From a virus (Duplodnaviria > Caudoviricetes): a DNA stretch of 64,000 nt. Below are positions 39,350 to 49,055 of the stretch, one piece after another; position 1 is the first letter of the stretch, and every line of letters begins with the position of its first letter. Position numbers and translations under genes: made by a program. Under the pieces are notes generated by a model that worked only from the letters and a program-made list of their open reading frames with translations, ran no database searches and had not been told where the DNA came from. The stretch is from positions 128,001 to 192,000 of IMG/VR virus record IMGVR_UViG_3300031760_000001; one strand, given 5' to 3'.

Positions 39350-40084
39350 TTAGTTATTTGGTACAGGCTGTTTACCTGCAATGCCTTCACGTTCGTCGCT
39401 TTCAGGAACAACCGTGTAAACAGGAACTGTTCTTAGAGTACCGTTGTCTGGCGATGACATGTCTTTAACCATGTAGGTGTATTCACCATCCAATACTGAC
39501 TTATATCCTTTACACACAAAATTGGTGTCGTTGCCTTCAGCATAGTTGTCAGCTGGGTCGAAACCTACGAATGTACCACCAGTCACATAGATATGTGCGG
39601 TTCCAGCTGTTCTGTTGGCATCATACAGATTTAAAAGGAAGTTTCTACCGTAAGGGTATTTCTCAGCTTCCTTTTCTGACTGTGTTCTCTGGTTAGGGTC
39701 AGGCTGGCCAAAAAACCAACCGCCGTTGATAATGCAATCACCTTTACAAACATAGACAACACTTGATGGGGCCGTGTAATTGCCACCGTTGATAGTCAAT
39801 TTACCAGTGATGCCTTCACCAGCAACTCTTTCAATTGTGCCGTCTTCGTGTATAATATGATTTTTCATATCACCGACAGTGATAGCCTGTGAATAATTGT
39901 CATGTGAATTGAACTGGTCTTTAGTGATATTTGAATAAGTATCAACACCGCCAGTAGTACCGTTGAAAACAGCTATTGATTCAACACCAACCAAAGCCCA
40001 AGGATATGAATTCAAAATACTGTTGGTTGACCAAACTTTATCTCCGAAATTAATTGTTACGTTGTTTTTTAAAATGTTTGCCAT
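39350..40084 (-). CDS. Beta-helix-like surface/fibre-tip protein
   Basis: LTINGGNY, CIINGGWF, IYVTGGTFVGFDPADNYAEGNDTNFV repeats typical of beta-solenoid adhesin C-termini. Confidence 0.55.
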   Translation of the reverse strand: MANILKNNVTINFGDKVWSTNSILNSYPWALVGVESIAVFNGTTGGVDTYSNITKDQFNSHDNYSQAITVGDMKNHIIHEDGTIERVAGEGITGKLTINGGNYTAPSSVVYVCKGDCIINGGWFFGQPDPNQRTQSEKEAEKYPYGRNFLLNLYDANRTAGTAHIYVTGGTFVGFDPADNYAEGNDTNFVCKGYKSVLDGEYTYMVKDMSSPDNGTLRTVPVYTVVPESDEREGIAGKQPVPNN

Positions 40085-40101
40085 ATCTTGTTCCTCCAGT
40101 A

Positions 40102-41202
40102 TTAGTTGTTATTAGTAATAATTAATGAATCAGGTACATTTGAATTGTTACCGATAGTTACATTGTCACCCTGGTTGTTGACATTGTCAGCAACTGATTG
40201 TGAACTGACCTCGTAAGAAACCCAGGTAAGTCTCTCTTCAATGTACTTCTGGACATCAGCAACCGTGGCAATACCGTCAACAAATGCGGTTGAAGTCTCA
40301 TCCATGACATTGCCGTGGCCAGTCTTGAACGTACCGTATTTGACACCGATTGTGACATCAGCATCCTCACGTGTGGCTTCAACAAACTGGTTGTCTTTGT
40401 TTTCTTTGACTTCAACTTTAGCAACCAAATTCTCAATTGGGGCGGTTTGTTTCAGATTCTGATAATCTTCAGTGTATTGAATTCTTTCAGGGTCATCTTC
40501 TGGCTTTGTTAAATCTTCTGTTGCATAGACAACTTTATCTGGTTCTTCCTCACCATTAGTGTATTCAATAGAAGTTATTTCACCAGTCTCTGGGTCTTTT
40601 GTGATAACTTTCTCTGTATGGATTGTTTCCACCTTCGTCGGGTCACCAGTCTCTGGGTCTCTTTCAGTAACATGCTCGATTGTATATGCACCGTTAAGAA
40701 GAACATCCTGGATTTCTTTGATGGTATCAAGGGTTTTTTCAAGTTCCTCTGGGTCAATGGTACCAAGGATTTCCTCTTTAACTTTTTGAACAGTTCTTAC
40801 GGTAGCAAGTGGGTTGATAACACCATTGTCACTGTAAACACCATCGATTTTAACTACGAAATTGTTGTCACCTTTGTAAATCTTACCATCATTCTCTCCT
40901 GCATTACCTTTACCTTGACCGATATTGGCAATCAAAAGTTCTGATGTCTCATTTTCTGTGTCAACAGTGATTTCTGCCTGTGCATATTCAGCAACGCGCA
41001 TAGCCTCACGGAATTGTTCAAGCGTTGACACGCGATTAAGCAATTCTTGTAAGCCAGCATCCGAAAAACCGAAGGTTTGACCGTCGACATAAATCTCCTG
41101 ACATGCACCATTAAATACAACTAGGCCAGGGGTTTCGATTGACATCTGACAACCAATTTCATGTGTAAACTGACCGTACTTAAATTGAATTTTTGTAGCC
41201 AT
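40102..41202 (-). CDS. Fibre-like virion protein, paralog of 41309-43867
   Basis: Shares EYAQA, DG.Y....LAT..TV and a C-terminal Y.(D/E)..x.W..YE motif; LDTIKEIQD neck motif. Confidence 0.6.
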   Translation of the reverse strand: MATKIQFKYGQFTHEIGCQMSIETPGLVVFNGACQEIYVDGQTFGFSDAGLQELLNRVSTLEQFREAMRVAEYAQAEITVDTENETSELLIANIGQGKGNAGENDGKIYKGDNNFVVKIDGVYSDNGVINPLATVRTVQKVKEEILGTIDPEELEKTLDTIKEIQDVLLNGAYTIEHVTERDPETGDPTKVETIHTEKVITKDPETGEITSIEYTNGEEEPDKVVYATEDLTKPEDDPERIQYTEDYQNLKQTAPIENLVAKVEVKENKDNQFVEATREDADVTIGVKYGTFKTGHGNVMDETSTAFVDGIATVADVQKYIEERLTWVSYEVSSQSVADNVNNQGDNVTIGNNSNVPDSLIITNNN

Positions 41203-41261
41203 GAATTATGATTTGTTTTAAATATTATTATCTGTTTGTTTATTTTATTTGGTGGGGGATG

Positions 41262-41287
41262 AATCCCGTGATTTTACTCACGGGATT
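41262..41287. other. GC-rich stem-loop in the intergenic region (no U-tract on the coding strand)
   Basis: AATCCCGTGA-TTTTAC-TCACGGGATT. Confidence 0.6.
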
Positions 41288-41308
41288 TCCTTTCCACTTG
41301 TTTATTTA

Positions 41309-43867
41309 TTATTCATACTCTTCCCAGCACATTGCTGATTTGTCATCAACATAGCTCTTGATAGCAGCAATGTCAGCACCAGTTACAGCACCAGCCTGAG
41401 CAGCAGCACTTGAACCAGCAGCTAAGTTAGCACTTGCACCAGTTGCACCACCAGCCTGTTCTGAAGGCGTATATGTAACACCTGCTGAAACATTGGTTAC
41501 AACAACGTCAGTAATTTTACCATTGGTTTCAACAACCTCAACAGTAGCAACAGCATCATCGTCTGAAGTTATGTCAGCGCCAAGGCCATTAATAGCATTA
41601 GTTACAGTTGACTGGGTAGCCAGTTTATTAGTTGAGTCGTCATAAGTACCATCAACAACAATGGTTGTATCCTGTGCACTTGCACTTGCGCCAATGAGAC
41701 CATCTGCTTCTTTGATACCCTTAATGGTAATTGAAGTCTGTCCAGTTGTTGTGGTTGTATCAACTGTTGCTTGAGCATATTCATCAACATCAAGGTCACT
41801 TACAACATTACTTACCTTATCATCAACATAATTCTTAATTGGGGTGATAGCATTACTATTCAAAAGACCCTCATTACCACTTGCAACACTAAGGTCTGGA
41901 CCAGTTGAACCTGAAGTAGCTGTATAAGTAACAGTTGATTGGGTTACTTCAACACCAACGGTCTGGTTGTTGTTAGTCTTTGTTCCAATAGTTGTGGTAA
42001 CATATGTACCGTCTTTACCTTTACTGATTGACTGAAGTGCGCTATTTGCATTGGTGATAGCGGTTTTCAAATCAGAAGCTGATACCTGATAATTAGCACC
42101 ATCAACAGTTGAAGTAACACTAACTTCTTTATTACCACTACCAAAGACAAGGTAATCATCGGTCAAAGTATCGCCAGCGGTTACCATTGTGTCGGTTTCA
42201 CGCTCGATGATTGTACAGTTAGAAGCGGTCAAAGTAACAGGGTCTGATGAAGTGGCTCCTTTATAAACAATCATGTCACCAGCCTCAACTGAGGTTGTAC
42301 CGATTGTGATTGGACCAGCTGCAAGATAGATATCACCAGAACGGATATCACCTGTACTAGTGTTAACTGGTGCGGTTGTAGTATTAATGTCACCATTGTA
42401 ACGCATACCACCAACCAATGAATCAACTCTACCATCCAATTCGTCGATAGCAGCCTGTACATCAGTAGCGGTCATACCAGAAGTTGTATTGGTATAACTT
42501 ACATCAGCAGCAGCACCAGTTGTGGCGACTTTTGCAAACTGTAATTCAGTGTCACCAGTACCCTGAGCAATTTTACCATCGGTTTCAGAAACACCCTTGA
42601 AGGTAAGTTTTGCACCAGTTGAACTTGTAGCAGCAGTATAATCTACGGCTTGTACGTCGTTTTGGGTATCAAGAGTCTCAACAACATTGTGAACAAATTC
42701 AGTTGTTGCAACATTGGTTGTGTCATCGCTTGTTGTCTGGGTTGTTGCAGTAATAACGCCAGCATTATCAACAGCTAAACCTGCACCACCAATAGCGTCA
42801 ATAGCGGTAGTTACTGTTGATTTGGTAGCAATCTTGTTGGTCTCAGCATTATAAGTACCGTCAAGGCTGATTGTGGTTGAACCACCGTCTTTAATTTTAC
42901 CATTCTCCTGCTGAACTGCATTGATTGTGATTGTTGAACCACTGATTGAAGCGGCACCTTTATCTTCGGCAACATCAAGAGCATTAATAGCCTCGGTTAC
43001 TGTTGATTTGGTAGCAATCTTGTTGTCGGTTGCATTATAAGTGCCATCAACGACAATGTTAGCAATCTTGTTTGAAACTATGGTTGTGTCATTGATTTTC
43101 ACATCGTCAACTTTACCAGCTTTAGTTGCTACATAGTCATCCAAATCAATCAAAGCTTCTTTAACGCTTTTATCATCTTTGATAATTTTTAATGAATCAG
43201 CGCTTAAATCAAGTGACATATCCTGTTCAAGACCGACTGAATTTGCAACAGCAGTGAAAGCTTCCTGGGTTACTTGTTCGTTTGCAATAACCTCATCAGC
43301 TAAACGAGCAACTTTCTTGTCGAGCTTATCGATATCACTATCGAGTGTATCGCCAGCCGCAATTGTATTGTCAGTAACAACTGTAGTCCAAGTCGATGAA
43401 AGGTGGTCAGTGTCATAAACAGCACCTGTTGCAGCACCTTTGTGTGTGTTGGTATGGATAGCGGTATCAAGAGCCTTGTCAGCGTTTACAAGGTTTGTAG
43501 CACTGGTTAAGTAGTTAGTTCCAGTGTAATCAAGGGTGTCATGGTTATCACCAGTTAAACCCATTTTAGTGTAAATCTGGTTGAAAACAGCCATCGTTTG
43601 TGATGCACTTGCAACATCACTGAAATTCAAAGTTTGGGTTGTAGCAGTACCTGCATTGTCATAATGGGTAATCGTTAATACATTGTTAGAAAATGTAACA
43701 TCGTTAGCACCTTTAATGACAAGTTTAGGTGTTTGACCACCAATCCAAAGTTCTCTAACGTCCACAAGATAAATAACTGCACCCTCAACAGCTTTCGCTG
43801 ATGTGATTTTGGTTGCAGATTCTGTAGAGTTGTTAAATTTGTAAAATTTAATACCAGTACTAGTCAT
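41309..43867 (-). CDS. T/A/D-rich fibre/filament virion protein with internal repeats
   Basis: 852 aa; three DGTY(N/D)...NK(I/L)AT.STVT.AI.A repeats; ATDVQAAIDEL; GGMRYNGDI...GDIY...VEAGDMIVY. Confidence 0.65.
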   Translation of the reverse strand: MTSTGIKFYKFNNSTESATKITSAKAVEGAVIYLVDVRELWIGGQTPKLVIKGANDVTFSNNVLTITHYDNAGTATTQTLNFSDVASASQTMAVFNQIYTKMGLTGDNHDTLDYTGTNYLTSATNLVNADKALDTAIHTNTHKGAATGAVYDTDHLSSTWTTVVTDNTIAAGDTLDSDIDKLDKKVARLADEVIANEQVTQEAFTAVANSVGLEQDMSLDLSADSLKIIKDDKSVKEALIDLDDYVATKAGKVDDVKINDTTIVSNKIANIVVDGTYNATDNKIATKSTVTEAINALDVAEDKGAASISGSTITINAVQQENGKIKDGGSTTISLDGTYNAETNKIATKSTVTTAIDAIGGAGLAVDNAGVITATTQTTSDDTTNVATTEFVHNVVETLDTQNDVQAVDYTAATSSTGAKLTFKGVSETDGKIAQGTGDTELQFAKVATTGAAADVSYTNTTSGMTATDVQAAIDELDGRVDSLVGGMRYNGDINTTTAPVNTSTGDIRSGDIYLAAGPITIGTTSVEAGDMIVYKGATSSDPVTLTASNCTIIERETDTMVTAGDTLTDDYLVFGSGNKEVSVTSTVDGANYQVSASDLKTAITNANSALQSISKGKDGTYVTTTIGTKTNNNQTVGVEVTQSTVTYTATSGSTGPDLSVASGNEGLLNSNAITPIKNYVDDKVSNVVSDLDVDEYAQATVDTTTTTGQTSITIKGIKEADGLIGASASAQDTTIVVDGTYDDSTNKLATQSTVTNAINGLGADITSDDDAVATVEVVETNGKITDVVVTNVSAGVTYTPSEQAGGATGASANLAAGSSAAAQAGAVTGADIAAIKSYVDDKSAMCWEEYE
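42810..43025. repeat. Exact 30-bp direct repeat within the fibre gene
   Basis: GTTACTGTTGATTTGGTAGCAATCTTGTTG at 42810-42839 and 42996-43025. Confidence 0.9.
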
Positions 43868-43907
43868 AATTTTTAAATTTTGTTTTATTGTTTATTATTA
43901 TATTCAT

Positions 43908-44492
43908 TTATTCTTGGGAAAATTCTCCCCAAATAGTCATTATACATCCATTTTCATCCAAACCAATCGTATCACCGTCATATTTCACAACAAGCCTGTC
44001 ATGTTCATCAGTACCCAATCCATCACCAATTTTGATAACAAGCATACCGTCTTCATCTTTGTCAAATTCCTTTGAATTGTCTATGATATGTTCAATTATA
44101 GTTGCTGGTTGGACATCTTCCTTAAGTTGATTTACATTGTTGTTCAGTTTGATGATGCTTTTCCTTACACATTCAAGTTTGTTAATCAGATATCTGATTG
44201 ACAAACCATCCTTGTTGGTTCTCATGTAGTTGGTGCTGTCTGGGTGCACTTTTACACTGACAGTGTTTCCAACTTTCTGCACACCGTTTGTATATATCAA
44301 CTCATCCGTTGTTGACCCCTTGCGTTTTGGTCTATCAGGATTTGGGGTTGGTTTATCTGGCACTTGTGGAGTGTCACCGTCATCACAAGGATGCGGTGTT
44401 GGATATGTCTTCACAGAATCAGCTGGTTTGTTATCAGCAGGTTCTGGTGTAGTATGATTAGTTCTTTTTATTCTAGAGTCAGATTTATTCAT
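43908..44492 (-). CDS. Short fibre-like virion protein
   Basis: IKIGDGLGTDEHDRLVVKYDGDTIGLDENG (beta-spiral-like); C-terminal IWGEF; TATTTAT at 44514-44520. Confidence 0.55.
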   Translation of the reverse strand: MNKSDSRIKRTNHTTPEPADNKPADSVKTYPTPHPCDDGDTPQVPDKPTPNPDRPKRKGSTTDELIYTNGVQKVGNTVSVKVHPDSTNYMRTNKDGLSIRYLINKLECVRKSIIKLNNNVNQLKEDVQPATIIEHIIDNSKEFDKDEDGMLVIKIGDGLGTDEHDRLVVKYDGDTIGLDENGCIMTIWGEFSQE

Positions 44493-44568
44493 TACTAAAC
44501 ACGTTTATTACATATAAATATTAATAAAATAAAAAAATCCCCCATATTTTGGATGATTATTTAAAAAA

Positions 44569-45207
44569 TTAATCTACAATTTCAATAAACACGTTTTCCT
44601 GGTCGATTACGTGTGGGTTATTCTCTTTTGTCACCACTTTGACAACCATATGTTTTTTCTGGAACCACCTGCAAATGAAGAATTTTTTTGGCGGGTCTAC
44701 AGTTTCTTTCTTTGTTGATACAACAACGGTTTTTTCTGATTTGACCCTTGAATCGGCTGCAATCTGATTTGGGTATTGCAAATGGAGGTTTGTCTGAATC
44801 CATTCATCGCCCATCACAGTGTCCAGAACAAAATTCGGTTCCTTGAAAATCGTGTCAGATACATACACAGTGTCTTTTTTCTGGAATTCTGTTTCAAGCC
44901 ACATCAGTTGTTTTAATTGGTTATCCTTAATTTTCAATTCTTTCCTGGCTTCATTAAGTTTAATCATAATTGAGTCGCCGTAATATTCAAGTTGTTCTGC
45001 TTTCAATTTGAACATATTTGATTCAGCTTTCTGTTTATCCAACTGTAAAGCATATGCCTTGTTGTTCTCGACAGCCTGTTTCCATTTTTCCTCATAAGTG
45101 TTGTATCTGTTGATGAAGATTATGGCGGTAACCACAGCTGCCGCCAATAAACACAACCAGATTAATCTCTCTTTTGTGAAAATCTTTCCTAAAAACTTTT
45201 TAATCAT
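44569..45207 (-). CDS. Membrane-anchored coiled-coil protein (spanin-like, family common in Bacteroidota phages)
   Basis: N-terminal TM helix (LIWLCLLAAAVVTAIIFI), coiled coil, C-terminal PKKFFICRWFQKKH...NPH. Confidence 0.55.
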   Translation of the reverse strand: MIKKFLGKIFTKERLIWLCLLAAAVVTAIIFINRYNTYEEKWKQAVENNKAYALQLDKQKAESNMFKLKAEQLEYYGDSIMIKLNEARKELKIKDNQLKQLMWLETEFQKKDTVYVSDTIFKEPNFVLDTVMGDEWIQTNLHLQYPNQIAADSRVKSEKTVVVSTKKETVDPPKKFFICRWFQKKHMVVKVVTKENNPHVIDQENVFIEIVD

Positions 45208-45257
45208 AATTTCTTATATTTTATATATTATAATCATTAAATAAATACAATTTAAAT

Positions 45258-45284
45258 AAAAAAGCGGACAAATATTGCCCGCTT
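45258..45284 (-). terminator. Intrinsic terminator
   Basis: AAGCGGACAA...TTGCCCGCTT stem; the A-run on the plus strand gives a U-tract on the minus strand. Confidence 0.55.
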
Positions 45285-45306
45285 ATGAATATTCTTTATT
45301 TTACGT

Positions 45307-47088
45307 TTATTCACTCACAACCGTGATTGTAACACTTACAACTGTGTTGTCGAATTTAATCTTGAATACCTGTGTTGGGTCAGCCTGGTAAGCTGCGACT
45401 ATTGCGGTAACCAATGAAACTGGTTGGGTGCAAGGAACGCCGATTTCCTTGTAATTACTACCTTTGTTGTCACCCTCATCATCCCAATCATAGTATTTGT
45501 ATTCAAACCTGATTGGTTCCACTTTGTTTGTACGGTACAAACCACCGAGCAAACGAGCGAAATCGTTCATAATATTTCTGCCACCTTCTCCGATGTCCGC
45601 AATGTTGATTGTATAGTTGATTAAATCTTCACCAAATTCAAATTCACCTTTGTATATGTATTCTGGGTCATATTGGTAAGCATAAGCCTCTTCAAATTTG
45701 GTTTGTACTGGTTTATGGTAATTGGTAACCATAACAGCTAATTCTTCAACCTCCCTTTCAAGGTTTGCAACTCTCTCGGTAAGTGATTCAAGTGTGCTGT
45801 TATCATTAATTGGTGTTACAATACCGTTTTTAATATAACACAATTCATCGGTTGATTTCAATATGAATGATGAATATTCATCAATTGAGTATTTCAACCA
45901 ATTCTCACCATCCCATTCATTAATGAAAGGTTTTGTTATGAATGAAGCGTCACCCTTGAATGAATTGTTGTTTTCTGTGTCATAGTCAAGGTTTGCGGTA
46001 ATCCACATCTTGCTTTTACCGTTTGCCGAACGCATGACACTTACAGGGTAAATTGTACCAAGAATCTTATCAGCACTGACAGCTTCAGCACCATCAATTT
46101 CCTTAACAAGTCTGATTGAACTGTATATTGCGTTGTCGATTAATGTCTGGTAAACCTGACCGCTTCTTGGTCCAGTTTTCTGGAACTGTTTTACCCAAGC
46201 CTGTGTATCATGCTCAGTCAAAGGTTTTCCCATTGTGCTGGTATTACACCAGAAACTAGCCTTTTCATCCCTGAAACTGACTGATTTTTCATCATCGTCA
46301 AATACATAACCACAGAATTCAAGACCAAAATTAGGTGAACCTTTCAATTCAACGCCAGCTTTCTGTCCAAGCCATTTACTTGGCATTGGTTTGTTATGGT
46401 CTCTGTAAACTGGTTTCTCGAAATAGTTCAATATATCGCCCCAGTCATATTTTGAAGCGATTTTCCAACCATTGCCCTCTTCTTCCAAAGCAGTCATTAC
46501 ATCGAAAATACCGTCAAAATTGTAGAATCTGCCGATATTGTCAATTGTTTCGTAAGTAATGTATCTATCACCAATGACAGCCTCTTCTGGAAGTTCATCA
46601 ACAACATCGTTGACTGGTTTTACCATACCGCTTCTCTGTGAATTGGCGATTGACAAAGGAGCCTCCAATGAACCGTCACCTGTCAAAGTGTTGTCGGTGT
46701 AAATACAATAGTCTTTAAGTAACTCTGCAACATCATTCAATGTAAGGAATCCCTCAACTTTAAGTGGTTCATGGTCACAGTCGTTGATACAAACTGTCAT
46801 AATGCCAGTTTCCTGGTCATAGTCAAAACTGAGACTTTCAATGTAATCATTGAAAATATTGTCACTTTCAATTGTAGAACCATTTACAAGATTGATAACC
46901 AATCTTTTTCCATCCTCAGAAACACTTATTGAATCTATATCACGTCCTTCCAAGACAAAAAAGTTGCTGTCAACTTCATCACCAGTCAGACTGTCGAATT
47001 TAGTTACATCAACATCTTCGAAATAATGGTAATTCTCTGGCAATTTGTAATATGTGATTTTTTGATATTTGTCACTGTTTGCGCTCAT
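45307..47088 (-). CDS. Virion/receptor-binding-like protein with FISUMP (Fibrobacter succinogenes major paralogous) domain
   Basis: GRFYNF, GWKIASKYDW, AGVELK, ASFWCNT, SIRLVK, MWITANLDY; TDNTLTGDGSLEAPLSI fibre motif. Confidence 0.65.
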   Translation of the reverse strand: MSANSDKYQKITYYKLPENYHYFEDVDVTKFDSLTGDEVDSNFFVLEGRDIDSISVSEDGKRLVINLVNGSTIESDNIFNDYIESLSFDYDQETGIMTVCINDCDHEPLKVEGFLTLNDVAELLKDYCIYTDNTLTGDGSLEAPLSIANSQRSGMVKPVNDVVDELPEEAVIGDRYITYETIDNIGRFYNFDGIFDVMTALEEEGNGWKIASKYDWGDILNYFEKPVYRDHNKPMPSKWLGQKAGVELKGSPNFGLEFCGYVFDDDEKSVSFRDEKASFWCNTSTMGKPLTEHDTQAWVKQFQKTGPRSGQVYQTLIDNAIYSSIRLVKEIDGAEAVSADKILGTIYPVSVMRSANGKSKMWITANLDYDTENNNSFKGDASFITKPFINEWDGENWLKYSIDEYSSFILKSTDELCYIKNGIVTPINDNSTLESLTERVANLEREVEELAVMVTNYHKPVQTKFEEAYAYQYDPEYIYKGEFEFGEDLINYTINIADIGEGGRNIMNDFARLLGGLYRTNKVEPIRFEYKYYDWDDEGDNKGSNYKEIGVPCTQPVSLVTAIVAAYQADPTQVFKIKFDNTVVSVTITVVSE

Positions 47089-47128
47089 TTTATTAATTTG
47101 GTATTATTCTTTATTATTATATAAATAT

Positions 47129-48763
47129 TTATTTCTTCAAAATAAGAGACCGTTCAAAACGGGTATTCGCTAAAATTTTTGTAAAATCCTGGTTACAAGA
47201 ATAGAATTTAAATGATTTGATATATCCAGTGAAACTTCCACCGAATTCCTTTTCCAGGAAAAGAACATATTCTGGCAAATCCTTGTAGTTCTCATATACA
47301 ACATCAGCAAGACCTTGTGTACCACCTCCAAGTGATATGTTGTAAGGAACACCTTCTTGTTTTTCATATATGTCATTTAAAGCTCTTAAGTTAATCATTG
47401 GTAGTTCCTTCGAATACAGAACCAGTTTACCGTTTACATATATTACAAGTCTCATATAGTCATTTGACCTGATATATCCGAAATCTGTTATTCCGTATTT
47501 TACAACAGGCAGAATCCTCACGTCAATCGTGCTCCATTCATCATAAGGTACCAGCCCTGGAAATGACCATTCGGTTTCAATTGAATATTTGTCCTCATTT
47601 GAACAATCTTTTATCATATACTTGTATCCAACTGAGCCGTCTGGTTTAACCTGGAATGATATTGCGTTGTTGTACAAATCACCTAAGATGTTGTAATCAG
47701 CGTTTGATTCCTGCTGGAGTTCCTTGATTGTCCTGGCTGTATATCCACCTTTTGCTCTGTTCATTATAATGAAATAGTTTTCAGTTGAAAGATGTTTCTG
47801 CATTTCAATAACCTCTGGGTCGTCGAAGTGACCCATAGTTGCCTTGTATCCCTCTTTGGTACGGTTATATGTAATGAATTTGTTGTTGGTTTCCAAAACT
47901 TCAATCTGTTCATTGAGTGATATACCGCTTGCGGTTTCGGTTTCCGTGTTGTCTTTCGGGTCAACATAATATTTCCACCATTTGTTTTCAGCCCTTGTAC
48001 CCATGTAGAAGAATGTTCCTGCGTTATCTGGGTAAACATCGTTAAGGGTTGGCAAAGGGAAATCGTTAAGATAACCGTCGCTGTTGTAATTCTGTCCGAA
48101 ATATGATTTCTCAATGTCACTGTCACCGTCCCAACCGTCGCTGTTATATTCAATAACTGAATATTTCTCCTTTTTCATGTGATAGTCACTTTTGAACGGT
48201 TCTGGTTTCAATGTAAATTCAAGACAAATACCATCACCAAGTTCTGTCGGGAGAATATTGTAGTTACATCCGTTTCCTGTTTTGAAGAATCCCTGAAAAA
48301 AGCCGCCATCCAGTTTTGCAACTCTCATATCATCCTCTTTCACGAAACTGGAATCATATCGGTATATCTTGTTGTTACCGACAGCCTTGTTCAAATGGAG
48401 TCTTAAATCATCAGCATCCAATACAAGTTTGCTGTTGGTATACAACTCATTGAATTCCTCTTCGGTTATGGTGTCTTTATCATAAGTAATTAAACCGTTG
48501 TCAACACCAGTTAAACCTATATTGTTAAGTTCCACACCGTTGTTGACTGCTTCATCCCACACATAACCTGGCAACGACACCAGTTCAGAATCACCTATAC
48601 ATTCATCGAATGTTGTGTCTATATATGCAGCAAGACAATCTTCCTGTAAACCGTCCTTTATATCGCCACCAGCCTGGGATTCATACAAATGCATATCCCA
48701 ATAGTCAGACTTGGAAGTCTTTAATTTGAATACTGGTCTGTTATGGTTGAAAATATTGCCCAT
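47129..48763 (-). CDS. ConA/LamG-like lectin-fold virion protein
   Basis: GICLEFTLKP...EWSTIDVRI...LVIYVNGKL...ISLGGG...FTGYIKSFKFY. Confidence 0.55.
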   Translation of the reverse strand: MGNIFNHNRPVFKLKTSKSDYWDMHLYESQAGGDIKDGLQEDCLAAYIDTTFDECIGDSELVSLPGYVWDEAVNNGVELNNIGLTGVDNGLITYDKDTITEEEFNELYTNSKLVLDADDLRLHLNKAVGNNKIYRYDSSFVKEDDMRVAKLDGGFFQGFFKTGNGCNYNILPTELGDGICLEFTLKPEPFKSDYHMKKEKYSVIEYNSDGWDGDSDIEKSYFGQNYNSDGYLNDFPLPTLNDVYPDNAGTFFYMGTRAENKWWKYYVDPKDNTETETASGISLNEQIEVLETNNKFITYNRTKEGYKATMGHFDDPEVIEMQKHLSTENYFIIMNRAKGGYTARTIKELQQESNADYNILGDLYNNAISFQVKPDGSVGYKYMIKDCSNEDKYSIETEWSFPGLVPYDEWSTIDVRILPVVKYGITDFGYIRSNDYMRLVIYVNGKLVLYSKELPMINLRALNDIYEKQEGVPYNISLGGGTQGLADVVYENYKDLPEYVLFLEKEFGGSFTGYIKSFKFYSCNQDFTKILANTRFERSLILKK

Positions 48764-48780
48764 TATTTTTAAATGTATTA

Positions 48781-48800
48781 TATTTATAAATATATAAATA
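48781..48800. promoter_or_regulatory. Divergent promoter region with TATTTAT on both strands
   Basis: TATTTATAAATATATAAATA between divergent ATGs at 48763 and 48808. Confidence 0.55.
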
Positions 48801-48807
48801 TGCTAAA

Positions 48808-49053
48808 ATGAAAAGTAAAATAATTAAACTCAGTGAAGCACAGTATAAACAGCTGATAAATGAAGACTATCCATTTTCATATCTCGGAAATGAATCTTCA
48901 GATACAAATCATGCTAGTGAGGTAGGTGCTAATGTGCCGTATGATTCACCTGATATTGAACCTGAGCCAACTGATGCTGACAAAATCAGCCACACATTAA
49001 GTAATAACTCCTGGTGGAACAGACACTATGGATTCAACGGATATTGTCGATAA
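48808..49053 (+). CDS. Small protein with targeting-like peptide
   Basis: MKSKIIKLSEAQYKQLINE. Confidence 0.65.
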   Translation: MKSKIIKLSEAQYKQLINEDYPFSYLGNESSDTNHASEVGANVPYDSPDIEPEPTDADKISHTLSNNSWWNRHYGFNGYCR

Positions 49054-49055
49054 AC

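Noticed and set aside
44618-44803. Nested o-spanin (Rz1-like) inside the spanin-like gene
   Set aside because: No signal peptide or lipobox in the 61-aa alternative frame.
45307-47088. Diversity-generating retroelement target (lectin fold)
   Set aside because: No reverse transcriptase and no template/variable repeat pair found in this window.
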